Source: a virus | Lineage: Duplodnaviria; Caudoviricetes | Strand: one strand, 5' to 3' | IMG/VR virus record: IMGVR_UViG_3300048855_000175 | Span: 1 to 49,575 of that record | DNA: 49,575 nucleotides | Part shown: positions 1-8,900 of the stretch, piece by piece | Layout of the letters: every line of letters starts with the position of its first letter | How positions within the stretch are numbered: the first letter of the stretch is position 1 | Translations under genes and position numbers: made by a program | The notes under the pieces: generated by a model | The model's database searches: none | Seen by the model: only the letters and a program-made list of their open reading frames with translations | Told to the model about the DNA's origin: nothing

Positions 1-315
1 TCATCGGCCTTCTTCCTTGGCGAGCAGGTCGAGCAACACGCCGAGCGGGCCCTCGGGCTGGCCGTTGCCATCGCGCGTCATGGCGGCGCGGATCACGTCG
101 ACGGTGCAGCCGAATTGCAAAGCGAAACTGAGGGCTATAGCCGAATCTCGCGTTGAAACATCAACGTCCGTTCCGACCTTGCCCGCGTTGAGAAAGACTT
201 CGCCGAGCCGGCCATCGTCGTAGTAGCCGAGCGTCGCGCGGTACTGCAGCTTGCCGGCGAAGTTGAAGTCGAGGGTCTCGGAGCGCCGGCGTTCCGGCAG
301 CGGTTCACGGGGCAT
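1..315 (-). CDS. Standalone protein resembling the C-terminal (TSCPD-type) domain of class II ribonucleotide reductase
   Basis: REPLPERRRS and TLGYYDDGRLGEVFL...SFALQFG resemble the NrdJ C-terminal domain. Confidence 0.6.
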   Translation of the reverse strand: MPREPLPERRRSETLDFNFAGKLQYRATLGYYDDGRLGEVFLNAGKVGTDVDVSTRDSAIALSFALQFGCTVDVIRAAMTRDGNGQPEGPLGVLLDLLAKEEGR

Positions 316-623
316 CAGCGTCTCCTGAACACGTGGGGCGGTAGGGTCGCGCGGTGCTGCTCGACCTTGGCGATCATGTCGTTCGTCATGGCGATGTAGC
401 GCTTGGTCCTCGCCTGCCAGTCACAGCTGAGGGGCGGATGGCCGGTGGCGATGCGGGCGAGCTCGTCTCGAAGATCGGCTTCCGCTCGCCTCAAATCCCT
501 GCCCAGATCCTGCAGGGCGACGTCGGCATCGCGCTGATCCTCCATGAGATCGAGGTAGCGGCCGCGCCGCCACTGGATGCGCTCGCGCTCGGGCGGGGGA
601 CGAAGGACGGGGCGGGTGTTCAT
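315..623 (-). CDS. Hypothetical protein (MNTRPVLRPP...)
   Basis: ATGA overlap with the upstream gene; part of a translationally coupled leftward operon. Confidence 0.6.
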   Translation of the reverse strand: MNTRPVLRPPPERERIQWRRGRYLDLMEDQRDADVALQDLGRDLRRAEADLRDELARIATGHPPLSCDWQARTKRYIAMTNDMIAKVEQHRATLPPHVFRRR

Positions 624-865
624 GCTCTGCTCTCTCTGAGGAAGCGGCGGACATTCGCGACGGCTTCGTCCTTCGCGCGGCCGGCGCAGCGCGGCGACCC
701 GGCAAAGGCGATGCGCCGCTCCGCCGCGCCGATGCGGATCCGGACGGCCGGATGCTTGCCGCCCTTGTCGAGCTCGTAGTCCGTGACGCCGGCTGCCTTC
801 AGCTCGGCCTCGATGGCCGGCCAGACGCCGCGCGTGCGGAGCATGCGGTCGAGGCGGTTGGTCAT
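620..865 (-). CDS. Small protein, possibly HicA-like fold
   Basis: MTNRLDRM...ELDKGGKHPAVRI; GxH motif; ATGA coupling at both ends. Confidence 0.5.
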   Translation of the reverse strand: MTNRLDRMLRTRGVWPAIEAELKAAGVTDYELDKGGKHPAVRIRIGAAERRIAFAGSPRCAGRAKDEAVANVRRFLRESRA

Positions 866-1107
866 CGCGCCGCACCGCTGGTGTGCACGCGCCGGTCCCG
901 GGGATAGTGCTCGCCGAGCAGGAGCCATGCCGGGTCGACGTTGAACCGGCTGGCGTAGAAACCCCCGGCCTCTACGCCCAAGGGCCGCCCGCCGTTCTCG
1001 TGGTGGGAGTAGGTGGGCACCGGCACGCCGAGAGACCGAGCGGCGGCGGAAGCGGTGACGAAGCCGGCAGCGATGCGGGCTTCCCGGAGGCGGTCGCTCA
1101 TGCTCAT
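862..1107 (-). CDS. XRE-family HTH regulator
   Basis: RLREARIAAG...AARSLGV...TYSHHENGGR...FNVDPAWLLLG. Confidence 0.85.
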   Translation of the reverse strand: MSMSDRLREARIAAGFVTASAAARSLGVPVPTYSHHENGGRPLGVEAGGFYASRFNVDPAWLLLGEHYPRDRRVHTSGAAR

Positions 1108-1337
1108 GACCGGCTTCCGGGCGGATGCGCGACGTGGATCTCCACCTCTGCACGCGGCGCGTGCGATGGTCCCCCGATCGAGCAGAGCCTGACGGTTACG
1201 CCGGGCGCGTCTAGGTTGATGCCTGCCGCGGTGGCAACCGCCTCCGCGATGATCCGGCGAAGGTGGTCTCCCTCGATCCGGGCGGTGTGGCGCGTCTCGT
1301 GGACGGCCCGCGTTGTGACGGCGATCGGATCAGCCAT
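1104..1337 (-). CDS. Hypothetical protein
   Basis: Overlapping start/stop coupling within the operon. Confidence 0.6.
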   Translation of the reverse strand: MADPIAVTTRAVHETRHTARIEGDHLRRIIAEAVATAAGINLDAPGVTVRLCSIGGPSHAPRAEVEIHVAHPPGSRS

Positions 1338-1557
1338 CGTTGAGCGCCCCGCGCTCGCGGTCGACGTAGGCGTAGAGGAGCTCCTTGATCTCCCCGAGGT
1401 CCTCGTCGAGGTGACGGATGATCTCCTGAAAGGCGTCGAGCTCGTCCTTGTTGTCGAGCGCGCTGGACATCATCCACATGCACTCGACGAGGGATCGCGC
1501 ACGGCAGATGCCGTCGATCGCATCGCCGACGTCCGTTACTTTCGCTCGTTCAGCCAT
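1330..1557 (-). CDS. Hypothetical helical protein
   Basis: GGAGG RBS; coupled to neighbours. Confidence 0.65.
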   Translation of the reverse strand: MAERAKVTDVGDAIDGICRARSLVECMWMMSSALDNKDELDAFQEIIRHLDEDLGEIKELLYAYVDRERGALNDG

Positions 1558-1744
1558 GTTCGACCTCCTTCAAGCCGACGGCCTGCAGCACGTCCGGCAG
1601 TTCTTCGATGATTTGCGCGGCGAGGAAGCCGGCGCGCGACAAGGCGGTGATGACGGTCGGCTCGTCGGTCGAGCCGCCGCAGGCGCGGTGCATGGCGACG
1701 GTGTCGGCCATGGCGCGGGCGAGGGGGGTGAGGGGCGGCTTCAC
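1550..1744 (-). CDS. Hypothetical protein (GTG start, VKPPLTPLARA...)
   Basis: GTGA overlap with upstream stop; GGAGG upstream. Confidence 0.55.
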   Translation of the reverse strand: MKPPLTPLARAMADTVAMHRACGGSTDEPTVITALSRAGFLAAQIIEELPDVLQAVGLKEVEHG

Positions 1745-1977
1745 CGGCGGCCTCCGTTCGGAAACCGGCGGACCATTTCCGCCTGCACGGCTTCGAGGCC
1801 GATTTCGTCGAGTTGCGCCTTCAGGTCCGGCCATGCCCCGCCGAAGCCTGCGTTGGTGCCGCGCATCACGGCGAACGAGCCATCCCAAGGCGTGCCGACG
1901 GGCTGGTCGATGTCGAAGGACGCGCCGAAGGTGAAGCCGGCGGCGAGGGTCGCCTCGATCCACTCGGCGGCGGTCAT
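1741..1977 (-). CDS. Hypothetical protein (MTAAEWIEA...)
   Basis: ATGA overlap; GGAGGG upstream. Confidence 0.6.
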   Translation of the reverse strand: MTAAEWIEATLAAGFTFGASFDIDQPVGTPWDGSFAVMRGTNAGFGGAWPDLKAQLDEIGLEAVQAEMVRRFPNGGRR

Positions 1978-3041
1978 GCTCCCGCCCTCCAGAATGCCAT
2001 CTCGCAGAACGGCTTTTCCGACGTCAGGACCTCGTCGACATGCTCGCCGATCAGTCCGACCGCCCGCCCACGAAGCGCTCGCAACATTGCGATCTGGAGC
2101 CGCGCCTCCATGGTCGTGTCGTTCGAGCCGGCGGCGTCGTCGGCGACGCAGTAGATGAGAACGAGCAACAGCCGAGCCGCCGCAAGCGTCGGGCAGTTGT
2201 CCTCGTCCGGCCACGATGTGATCCGGTCGACGGCCGCGTTCCACCGCAGGTCATGCGCGGCCGCTTCTTGGCGCAGGCGGGTAACGCCAGCTTCAGCTTC
2301 GAGTCGTCGCCGAGCGCGAAGAAGCTCGATGACCCGCCGGACCTTCCGGCGCATATTCGCCCGTTCGGCCGGTATCCGGGATTTCCCGAACACGCCGCGC
2401 CATTGGTTGTAGTAGTCGCGCACCTCGTGGAGGCTTCGGCGAACCCGCTTATGGATGCCCGCCGCAATGGGCTCGGGCGGAGTGATGAGCGGGTCCGCCG
2501 GCCAGTAGCTGATGGGGCCGAAGTAGCCCTCCGGACCGAGGCAGGCCGGACCGGGCTTAGCCCACCACGGAAGGGTCTCCGCTGCCGCTGCCGCAGCGTC
2601 ATATGCCGCGTCCCGCGCGACAACGCTCTCCATCATCTCGCGCCATAGTGCGTTTACTTCGTCGGCGGTGCTCTGCGACGACGCGAGGGTCGCCTCCTCC
2701 ATCGTCATGAGGTCATGGCGCGCGGAGTAGAGGAGCCGCATTTCCCAGGGCGCCGCCGGTGTGTCCTGGCTAGCAATGGTTCCTCCGGTCCCGCCCTCTT
2801 CGAGACACAAAAGGGCGGCGTGCATCTTCATCGCCGCCTCCATTGCTGAGGCTGACGGAATGTCGATCATCACTTGAGCGCGGCGGTCCTGCTCCGGCAT
2901 GTACCGCGCGTATCCATCGCCTCCGTCGTACTCGGGGAGATCGGCGCGCCGCCTCTCCATCGCGAGCCAGAGCTCATGTGCCTCGGTGACGGTCGCCGGC
3001 GTCGCGAGCTCGCCGGCGGCGACCATGAAGCCGTCACCCAT
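1974..3041 (-). CDS. Hypothetical phage early protein
   Basis: 355 aa ORF coupled to neighbours. Confidence 0.75.
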   Translation of the reverse strand: MGDGFMVAAGELATPATVTEAHELWLAMERRRADLPEYDGGDGYARYMPEQDRRAQVMIDIPSASAMEAAMKMHAALLCLEEGGTGGTIASQDTPAAPWEMRLLYSARHDLMTMEEATLASSQSTADEVNALWREMMESVVARDAAYDAAAAAAETLPWWAKPGPACLGPEGYFGPISYWPADPLITPPEPIAAGIHKRVRRSLHEVRDYYNQWRGVFGKSRIPAERANMRRKVRRVIELLRARRRLEAEAGVTRLRQEAAAHDLRWNAAVDRITSWPDEDNCPTLAAARLLLVLIYCVADDAAGSNDTTMEARLQIAMLRALRGRAVGLIGEHVDEVLTSEKPFCEMAFWRAGA

Positions 3042-3522
3042 GGGTCACCGCCTTGAGGGAGCCTTCCTCGAAGTCGGGGGCATAGATGCCGATGATCCGG
3101 CCGACGAGCTTCTCTCGAAGGTGCTCGGTCCTGAAGGGGCCTTCACTCAGCCGGAGCACCCGCCCCTTCGCGATCCAGTCCTGAAGCTCGTCGCGGCCGC
3201 GCGGCCGAACGTAGTCTCCAGCGAACCATCGAATTGCCGGCGGCAACGGCTCATGCGTTTGCGGATCGCACACCACCATCATCCGGCCTGTGATCTGCGT
3301 AATCTCGCGCTTCTCATGGTCGGTGCCGGGGCTCCATGTGATGACGTAGAGCTCGCCGTTGGCGGGCTCACGATCGTTCGTGTCGACGACCGCGAACTCA
3401 CCCGGCTTCAGGTGCGGCGCTGACCAGCCGTCGACGACGGGGAAGGCGATGCAGCCGGCGGGCAGCACGCTCATCAGTTCGAGCGCGCGGTACTCGGGCG
3501 TGGAGGCGAGGAGGGCCGACAT
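3034..3522 (-). CDS. Standalone S24/LexA-peptidase-like domain protein
   Basis: FPVVDGWSAPHLKPGEFAVVD...PANGELYVI...LVGRIIG; no HTH. Confidence 0.6.
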   Translation of the reverse strand: MSALLASTPEYRALELMSVLPAGCIAFPVVDGWSAPHLKPGEFAVVDTNDREPANGELYVITWSPGTDHEKREITQITGRMMVVCDPQTHEPLPPAIRWFAGDYVRPRGRDELQDWIAKGRVLRLSEGPFRTEHLREKLVGRIIGIYAPDFEEGSLKAVTHG

Positions 3523-4058
3523 CAGGCGACCTCCTCGCTGGAGGACGTGACGTCCACGCCGGCGAGACGGAGCACGGCATCGGCCCTAGACGACGGCTGT
3601 GGCACATCACGCCAGGACTTTCCCGACGGGAAGAAGAAGGTGTCAGCCGGCCGATTGGAGGGGACCAGACATTCCGCGCTTGGCAGTTGCGGATAGAGCT
3701 CGTGGCAGAGCAGTCGGCGCTCCATGAAGAGCCACGCGTTGTAGGTTTCGAGGATTTCGCGGCGTTCAGGATCGGTGATCGGCTCACCCGCGGGCTCGAA
3801 CCGTGCCGGCTGCCGCATAAGGTCGTCGGCGATGGACACGCCGAGGCGGTAGACTACCTCAGTACTGTCGGTCTCATCCCCCTGCCAGAACTGGAGGAGT
3901 TCGGCTTTGGCCAAAACGCCGGCCATGGTCGAAGCCGGGCAGCGGGCGACTGCTATCGCGTCGGCGGCGGGGTGGAAGTCATCGAGCAGCGCGTCGCTGC
4001 AGGCCTTCCGGAGGTGCTGGTCTGCGGGGCCGGGCGTTAACGTGGTTGTGGTAACCAT
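3522..4058 (-). CDS. Hypothetical protein, first gene of the leftward early operon
   Basis: GGAGGG RBS before the ATG at 4058. Confidence 0.7.
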   Translation of the reverse strand: MVTTTTLTPGPADQHLRKACSDALLDDFHPAADAIAVARCPASTMAGVLAKAELLQFWQGDETDSTEVVYRLGVSIADDLMRQPARFEPAGEPITDPERREILETYNAWLFMERRLLCHELYPQLPSAECLVPSNRPADTFFFPSGKSWRDVPQPSSRADAVLRLAGVDVTSSSEEVA

Positions 4059-4095
4059 CTTTCCCTCCAAGTGCGGATGAGAAGATGGTTACCAC

Positions 4096-4128
4096 AACAA
4101 AAATGTGGTTAGCAATGAAATTCTGGTT
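4096..4128. promoter_or_regulatory. Putative left operator (two 15-bp repeats)
   Basis: AACAAAAATGTGGTT and AATGAAATTCTGGTT, matching repeats in the cI-cro gap. Confidence 0.6.
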
Positions 4129-4139
4129 AAGCGATCGAG

Positions 4140-4835
4140 TTAGATCCCGACGAGCTCCGACATGGGGATAATCCGGTACAAGGCTTTCACCTCGTTACGC
4201 CCGAACTCAATCTCTGTAGCCGGGTTGAACTGCTCGCAAATGATGAGCGTCGGCGTGCGCCGGGCGAGCCGCTTGATGAAGCTTCGACCGGCACCGCCCT
4301 CTTCCTCGGGATGAAGCTCGACGATGACATAGTCACCGTTTGCCGGCAGTCGCGACGAGCTCGCATACACCGGCTCGCCCTCGTCGAAGCGGGGCCACAT
4401 GCTCGTTCCGGTGACATAGATGGCGAAGACGTCGCGCATTAGCCGCAGGCCTGGCGGGCGCCGGATATAGTCTATCGTCTCCCCATTGAACCGGAAATCA
4501 GCCTCTTCGCCACCGACGGCTTGGCCAAGGACCGGCACGTCGCGCGGCATGTCATGGATCAGCGCCGCCGGCGGGCCTTCGACCCGCAGAGCCCCAGCCT
4601 CGGCCTTGAGGCGATGATGTTTCAGCGTAGGCGGGGCGCTCTCGTCATCCGACATCAGGGCCGCGATGCTCGTGCCGAGCGCCGCCGCAATCTCCGGCGC
4701 GTTCCGCGGTCGAAGCGATCGGCCGGATTCGATGGCGTCGATCGTCTGCTGCGAGACGCCGGACAGGTTGCCCAATTCCGCCTGGGTAAGTCCCCGCTCA
4801 AGGCGGAGAGCTTTGACCCGTTCTCCCAAAGCCAT
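4140..4835 (-). CDS. cI: CI-like repressor (XRE HTH plus S24 autopeptidase)
   Basis: N-terminal HTH (LTQAELG...SQQTIDAIESG); VTGTSMWPR (Ser) and FIKRL (Lys); divergent from cro. Confidence 0.92.
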   Translation of the reverse strand: MALGERVKALRLERGLTQAELGNLSGVSQQTIDAIESGRSLRPRNAPEIAAALGTSIAALMSDDESAPPTLKHHRLKAEAGALRVEGPPAALIHDMPRDVPVLGQAVGGEEADFRFNGETIDYIRRPPGLRLMRDVFAIYVTGTSMWPRFDEGEPVYASSSRLPANGDYVIVELHPEEEGGAGRSFIKRLARRTPTLIICEQFNPATEIEFGRNEVKALYRIIPMSELVGI

Positions 4836-4869
4836 TGATTCTATTCCCGTTCTCAGTTCCGCATGTTCT

Positions 4870-4941
4870 ACCAAAATTTAGGTTCAACGTCACTGCCTTA
4901 TCGAATTGAAAATGTGGTTGTAGTTAACCAGCTAATTTGTT
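4870..4941. promoter_or_regulatory. Putative right operator region
   Basis: ACCAAAATTTAGGTT, ATTGAAAATGTGGTT and inverted AACCAGCTAATTTGTT in an AT-rich gap. Confidence 0.6.
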
Positions 4942-4954
4942 AGTAGCTTGGGCC

Positions 4955-5239
4955 ATGCCCACACCCTCAGCCCAGAGAGCCGAAGACCTAACCCCGAGCC
5001 AGGAGGCGCTACTGCGCGCCTGCAGCCTCGTCAAAGGACAGGAGAGGCTCGCCGAGCGCATCGGCACCACCCAGAGCCAGATTTGGTATTGGCTCTGGCG
5101 CTCTAAGAAGGGCGTCGCCGCCGAGTTCTGCATGGCCATCGAGCGCGAGACCGGGGTCGGTCGGTCGGAACTCCGCCCGGATATCTGGCCGCCCGAAACT
5201 TCAACGACCGAGCCGGCCGACGCGAACGAGGTCGCGTGA
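4955..5239 (+). CDS. cro: Cro-like regulator (YdaS/Cro family)
   Basis: GQERLAERIGTTQSQIWYWL...IERETGV...ELRPDIW; divergent from cI. Confidence 0.88.
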   Translation: MPTPSAQRAEDLTPSQEALLRACSLVKGQERLAERIGTTQSQIWYWLWRSKKGVAAEFCMAIERETGVGRSELRPDIWPPETSTTEPADANEVA

Positions 5240-5772
5240 TGACTTGCCCTCAGTGCGGCGAGCCCCTCGCCGGAGTAGGCGAGGGCGGCCTGACGCCGCA
5301 GCAGAACCGCCTCTGGCGCGCCATAGCGGCGCACGTCGACGAGCACGGCATAAGCCCCAGCTACGACGACCTGAAGGCGCGGCTCGGCCTCGCCTCGAAG
5401 TCCGGCATCGCCCGGCTGCTCGATCAGCTTGAAGACCGGGGCTTCATCAGCCGCGTGCCGAACAGGATCAGGTCCATGCAGCTGCTTCAACGACCCGTCG
5501 GAGGACGCACTGTGAGCGACAGCACGATCCCCGCCGATCCGATGCGCGGGGCTGTGGAAAACGGCCGCGCGTGGTCCGCCAAATGCCAGTGGAAGGGCGC
5601 CGCCGAGCCGTTCTGGTTCGGGACGGTCTTCGTCCGCCTGAACGCTCCGCATCAAGAGATCGAGGCGGAGGTGAAGGCCACGATCCGCACCATCCTCCCG
5701 CCTGACGTCCGGCCACCCGACATCGTCGAGCTTGCACCGGGCACCATCGTTTTCATGCCGGAGGACGAATGA
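5236..5772 (+). CDS. LexA-like N-terminal DNA-binding domain with an unknown C-terminal domain
   Basis: LTPQQ...GISPSYDDLKARLGLASKSGIARLLDQLEDRGFISRVPNR; internal GGAGG plus in-frame GTG at 5512. Confidence 0.8.
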   Translation: MMTCPQCGEPLAGVGEGGLTPQQNRLWRAIAAHVDEHGISPSYDDLKARLGLASKSGIARLLDQLEDRGFISRVPNRIRSMQLLQRPVGGRTVSDSTIPADPMRGAVENGRAWSAKCQWKGAAEPFWFGTVFVRLNAPHQEIEAEVKATIRTILPPDVRPPDIVELAPGTIVFMPEDE

Positions 5773-5864
5773 GAGACGTCATCGCGCTAGCGATCTGGGT
5801 CATCGTGCCTTGGTGGATCGGCTTCATCTGGCTCGTCTCGAAGCTGATGGAGGCGCTTCAATGA
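5769..5864 (+). CDS. 31-aa single-TM peptide (MRDVIALAIWVIVPWWIGFIWLVSKLMEALQ)
   Basis: Not in the ORF track; GGAGG RBS; ATGA overlaps at both ends exactly fill the gap. Confidence 0.65.
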   Translation: MRDVIALAIWVIVPWWIGFIWLVSKLMEALQ

Positions 5865-6853
5865 CCAAGAGCCGTTTCAAAGAATCGGTGGCCGTCGAGG
5901 TCGAAAAGCTCACGCTTGGCGATCGTCATCGCGACGTCGATGGTGCAAAGGTTACCGAGCTGGCCGCCTCCATCAAGGAGATCGGGCAGATCAGCCCCAT
6001 TATCGTCGATGGCAACTATATCGTCATCGCCGGCGTCCACCGGCTGGAGGCCGTCCGGAAGCTCGGGCGAAAGACCATAGACGCGGTGATGCTCTGGGAG
6101 ACGTCCTATGACGAGGACGAAGCCGAACTCATCGAGATTGCCGAGAACCTCTACCGGGCCGAACTGACGCCGCTCCAACGGGACGAGCAGCTGGCCCGAT
6201 ACGTGACCATCGTCGACGAGCGACGCGTTCGCCGCGTAGCCGCCGCCCAGGAGCAGAAAGCCACTGATGATCAATCGGCGCAATCTGCGCCGATTGAAAG
6301 CCGTCGCGCCGATGGCCGCGGGCACCGGCCCGAAAGCGGCATCAATTCGGCGAGCCGGCAACTCGGGATCGATCGCACCGACGCCCAGCGCGCCGTCAAG
6401 GTTGCCTCCCTCTCCGAGGACGCGAAGAAAGTTGCGCGCGATACGGGCCTCGATAACATCCGCTCGGCGCTCCTCGAAGCGGCGAAGCAAACCGAGCCAG
6501 AGCAGCAGGTCGCGAAGCTACAGGAGATCGCCGAGCGCAAGGCGGCGCCAGCGGCAGAGCCGACCGAGGAGCAGCAACTCGCCGAACTCGTCGCCGCGTG
6601 GGACGAGGCAGGCGACGCGGCCCGGCAGTGGTTCCGCGACGAGGTCTCCCCGTCGAAGCCGGCGCCAGGGTTCTCGCTGGTCGAGCGGCTGGCCCGCGCC
6701 GTCGCCTTCCTCAACGATCTGGAGAAGCCGGCCGACTTCGCCGCCGCCATACCGGCGGGCCCGCCCGATTACGACCTGACGAACAACATGCGGCTGGCAG
6801 CGGAGTGGCTGCTCGATGCCGCAAACGCATGGGAAACGCGGGGGCGCTCTTGA
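5861..6853 (+). CDS. ParB/Srx N-terminal domain protein
   Basis: LAASIKEIGQISPIIV...IAGVHRLEA...IAENLYRAELT. Confidence 0.88.
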   Translation: MTKSRFKESVAVEVEKLTLGDRHRDVDGAKVTELAASIKEIGQISPIIVDGNYIVIAGVHRLEAVRKLGRKTIDAVMLWETSYDEDEAELIEIAENLYRAELTPLQRDEQLARYVTIVDERRVRRVAAAQEQKATDDQSAQSAPIESRRADGRGHRPESGINSASRQLGIDRTDAQRAVKVASLSEDAKKVARDTGLDNIRSALLEAAKQTEPEQQVAKLQEIAERKAAPAAEPTEEQQLAELVAAWDEAGDAARQWFRDEVSPSKPAPGFSLVERLARAVAFLNDLEKPADFAAAIPAGPPDYDLTNNMRLAAEWLLDAANAWETRGRS

Positions 6854-7431
6854 GCCGCTACCGCAAGATCGACCCGCGCATCTGGAACGACGCGAAATTC
6901 CGGTCGCTCAGCGACAACGGGAAGCTCGTGTTTTTCATGCTCCTCACGCACCCGAACATGACCGCCCTCGGCGCCATGCGCGCGACGCCGTCAGGTCTCG
7001 CCGAGGAACTCGGATGGCTTCCCGAGGCCTTCCGGGAAGCCTTCGCGGAGGTCTGCCAGAAGGGTATGGCGAGGCATGACGAAAGGGCTCATTTGATCGC
7101 CCTTCCTAACTTCATCCGGTACAACCAGCCGGAGTCCCCGAACGTCATCAAAGCATGGGCCGGGGCGGTCGACCTCCTTCCGGAGTGCGACCTGAAAAGC
7201 GTTGTAATTCAATACGCTGTAGCCTTTGCGAAAGGCATGTCGGAAGGCTTTGCCAAAGCCATACCGGAAGCCTTGTCGAAGAGTATGCCTTATCAGGAAC
7301 AGGAACAGGAGCAGGAACAGGAAGAAGGTTCTAGCCAAGGAACAGGTCTTTCAGGGAAGGGCAGAGTAGGGGGTTACCTCGCAGCCCTCGATACGGACGA
7401 CGACTTCCCCTTCGGGCGGAGCGCCGCGTGA
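6850..7431 (+). CDS. Phage replication initiator-like protein (TTG start)
   Basis: RYRKIDPRIWNDAKF...; QEQEQEQE linker; lies before the helicase. Confidence 0.7.
   Translation: MSRYRKIDPRIWNDAKFRSLSDNGKLVFFMLLTHPNMTALGAMRATPSGLAEELGWLPEAFREAFAEVCQKGMARHDERAHLIALPNFIRYNQPESPNVIKAWAGAVDLLPECDLKSVVIQYAVAFAKGMSEGFAKAIPEALSKSMPYQEQEQEQEQEEGSSQGTGLSGKGRVGGYLAALDTDDDFPFGRSAA
7221..7290 (+). repeat. Degenerate 12-bp tandem repeats, candidate iterons
   Basis: AGCCTTTGCGAA AGGCATGTCGGA AGGCTTTGCCAA AGCCATACCGGA AGCCTTGTCGAA; second array near 7015-7075. Confidence 0.5.
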
Positions 7432-8900
7432 AGAGCGAGCTCTGGCCCCATCAGGCGAAGGCGATCGACATGCTGAGGCAGTCGCTTGCCACCGGCCACC
7501 GCCGGCCGATGCTGCAGCTGGCCACCGGCGCCGGCAAGACGCGCATCGCCGCCGAGATCATCGACAGCGCTTTCCGGAAGGGCCGACGCACGGTCTTCGT
7601 CGTTCCGGTGTTGGAACTCATCAACCAGACGGTCGAGCGGTTCGAGGCCGACGGCATTCGCGACGTCGGCGTGATCCAGGGCATCCACGAGCGGACGAAC
7701 TTCCAAGCCCAGGTCCAGATCGCCAGCGCCCAAACTCTTGAGCGCCGCTTCTTCCCCGAGACCGATCTCGTCCTCGTCGACGAGGCGCACATCCACCGGA
7801 AGGTCATCCTCCGGTGGATGGGCGGCGATGCCATGAAGCGGGTGCCGTTCATCGGCCTTTCGGCGACGCCGTGGACGCGCGGCCTCGGGAAGTTCTACGA
7901 CGACCTGATCTGCCCGGTGACGATGCAGGAGCTGATCGACGCCGGCAGGCTGACGCCGTTCCGGGTGTTCGCGCCGTCGCATCCGGACCTGACCGGCGTC
8001 CGCACGCTGGCAGGGGACTTCCGTGACGACGACCTGTCGGCGGCGATGGACAAGCCGCACCTTGTCGCCGACGTCGTCAAAACCTGGCTGGAGATGGGCG
8101 AGGGCCGTCCGACGTTGGTCTTCGCCGTCGACCGGCCGCACGCCAAGAGCCTCCAGCAGAGCTTCCTCGCGGCGGGCGTCGAGGCTGGCTACGTCGACGG
8201 CTTTTCGACGCCGGAGGAGCGCAAGGCGATCAAGGAAGGCTTTGCCGACGGCACGCTCAAGGTCGTGTGCAACGTCGGCGTATTGACTATGGGCGTCGAT
8301 TGGGACGTCAGGTGCGTCGTGCTCGCCCGACCCACGAAGTCGGAGATGCTCTACACGCAGATCATCGGTCGCGGCCTCCGGCTGGCCGATGGCAAGGTCG
8401 ACTGCATCGTGCTCGACCACAGCGACACGACGCTCCGGCTCGGCTTCGTCTCGGAGATCCACCACCCGACGCTCGACACGGGCGCGCCGAAGAACGCCGA
8501 AGCCGGCGCCCGCAAAGACCCTGAGGCCCCGAAGCCGAAGGAGTGCCCGAAATGCAAGTTCGTGAAGCCGGTGAAGGTCCACGAGTGTCCCAACTGCGGC
8601 TTCAAGCCGGAGCGCCAGACCGACGTCCGCGTTGCCGACGGACAGCTAAACGAGTTCGCCGCGGTAAGGGCTGCTGCCGATCGCGAGCTGCGCCAGCGCT
8701 GGTATTCGATGCTGGTACATGCCGGCCAGACGCGCGGGCGCCAGTCCGGCTGGGCCAAGCACGTCTTCCACCGTAAGTTTGGCTGCTGGCCGGATTCCTA
8801 CTCGCCGCTGCCGCGACCGCCTGACGCCGAGGTCCTGCGGTGGATCAAGCGCGACAACATGCGGTACGTCATGGGCATGAAGAAGGCGGGGCGTCGGTGA
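7428..8900 (+). CDS. SF2 DEAH helicase with Zn ribbon
   Basis: ATGAGKT, DEAH, SAT, QIIGRGLR, CPKC...CPNC. Confidence 0.93.
   Translation: MKSELWPHQAKAIDMLRQSLATGHRRPMLQLATGAGKTRIAAEIIDSAFRKGRRTVFVVPVLELINQTVERFEADGIRDVGVIQGIHERTNFQAQVQIASAQTLERRFFPETDLVLVDEAHIHRKVILRWMGGDAMKRVPFIGLSATPWTRGLGKFYDDLICPVTMQELIDAGRLTPFRVFAPSHPDLTGVRTLAGDFRDDDLSAAMDKPHLVADVVKTWLEMGEGRPTLVFAVDRPHAKSLQQSFLAAGVEAGYVDGFSTPEERKAIKEGFADGTLKVVCNVGVLTMGVDWDVRCVVLARPTKSEMLYTQIIGRGLRLADGKVDCIVLDHSDTTLRLGFVSEIHHPTLDTGAPKNAEAGARKDPEAPKPKECPKCKFVKPVKVHECPNCGFKPERQTDVRVADGQLNEFAAVRAAADRELRQRWYSMLVHAGQTRGRQSGWAKHVFHRKFGCWPDSYSPLPRPPDAEVLRWIKRDNMRYVMGMKKAGRR

Noticed and set aside
7293-7326. CAGGAA tandem repeat
   Set aside because: Encodes the ordinary QEQEQE linker of phage initiators
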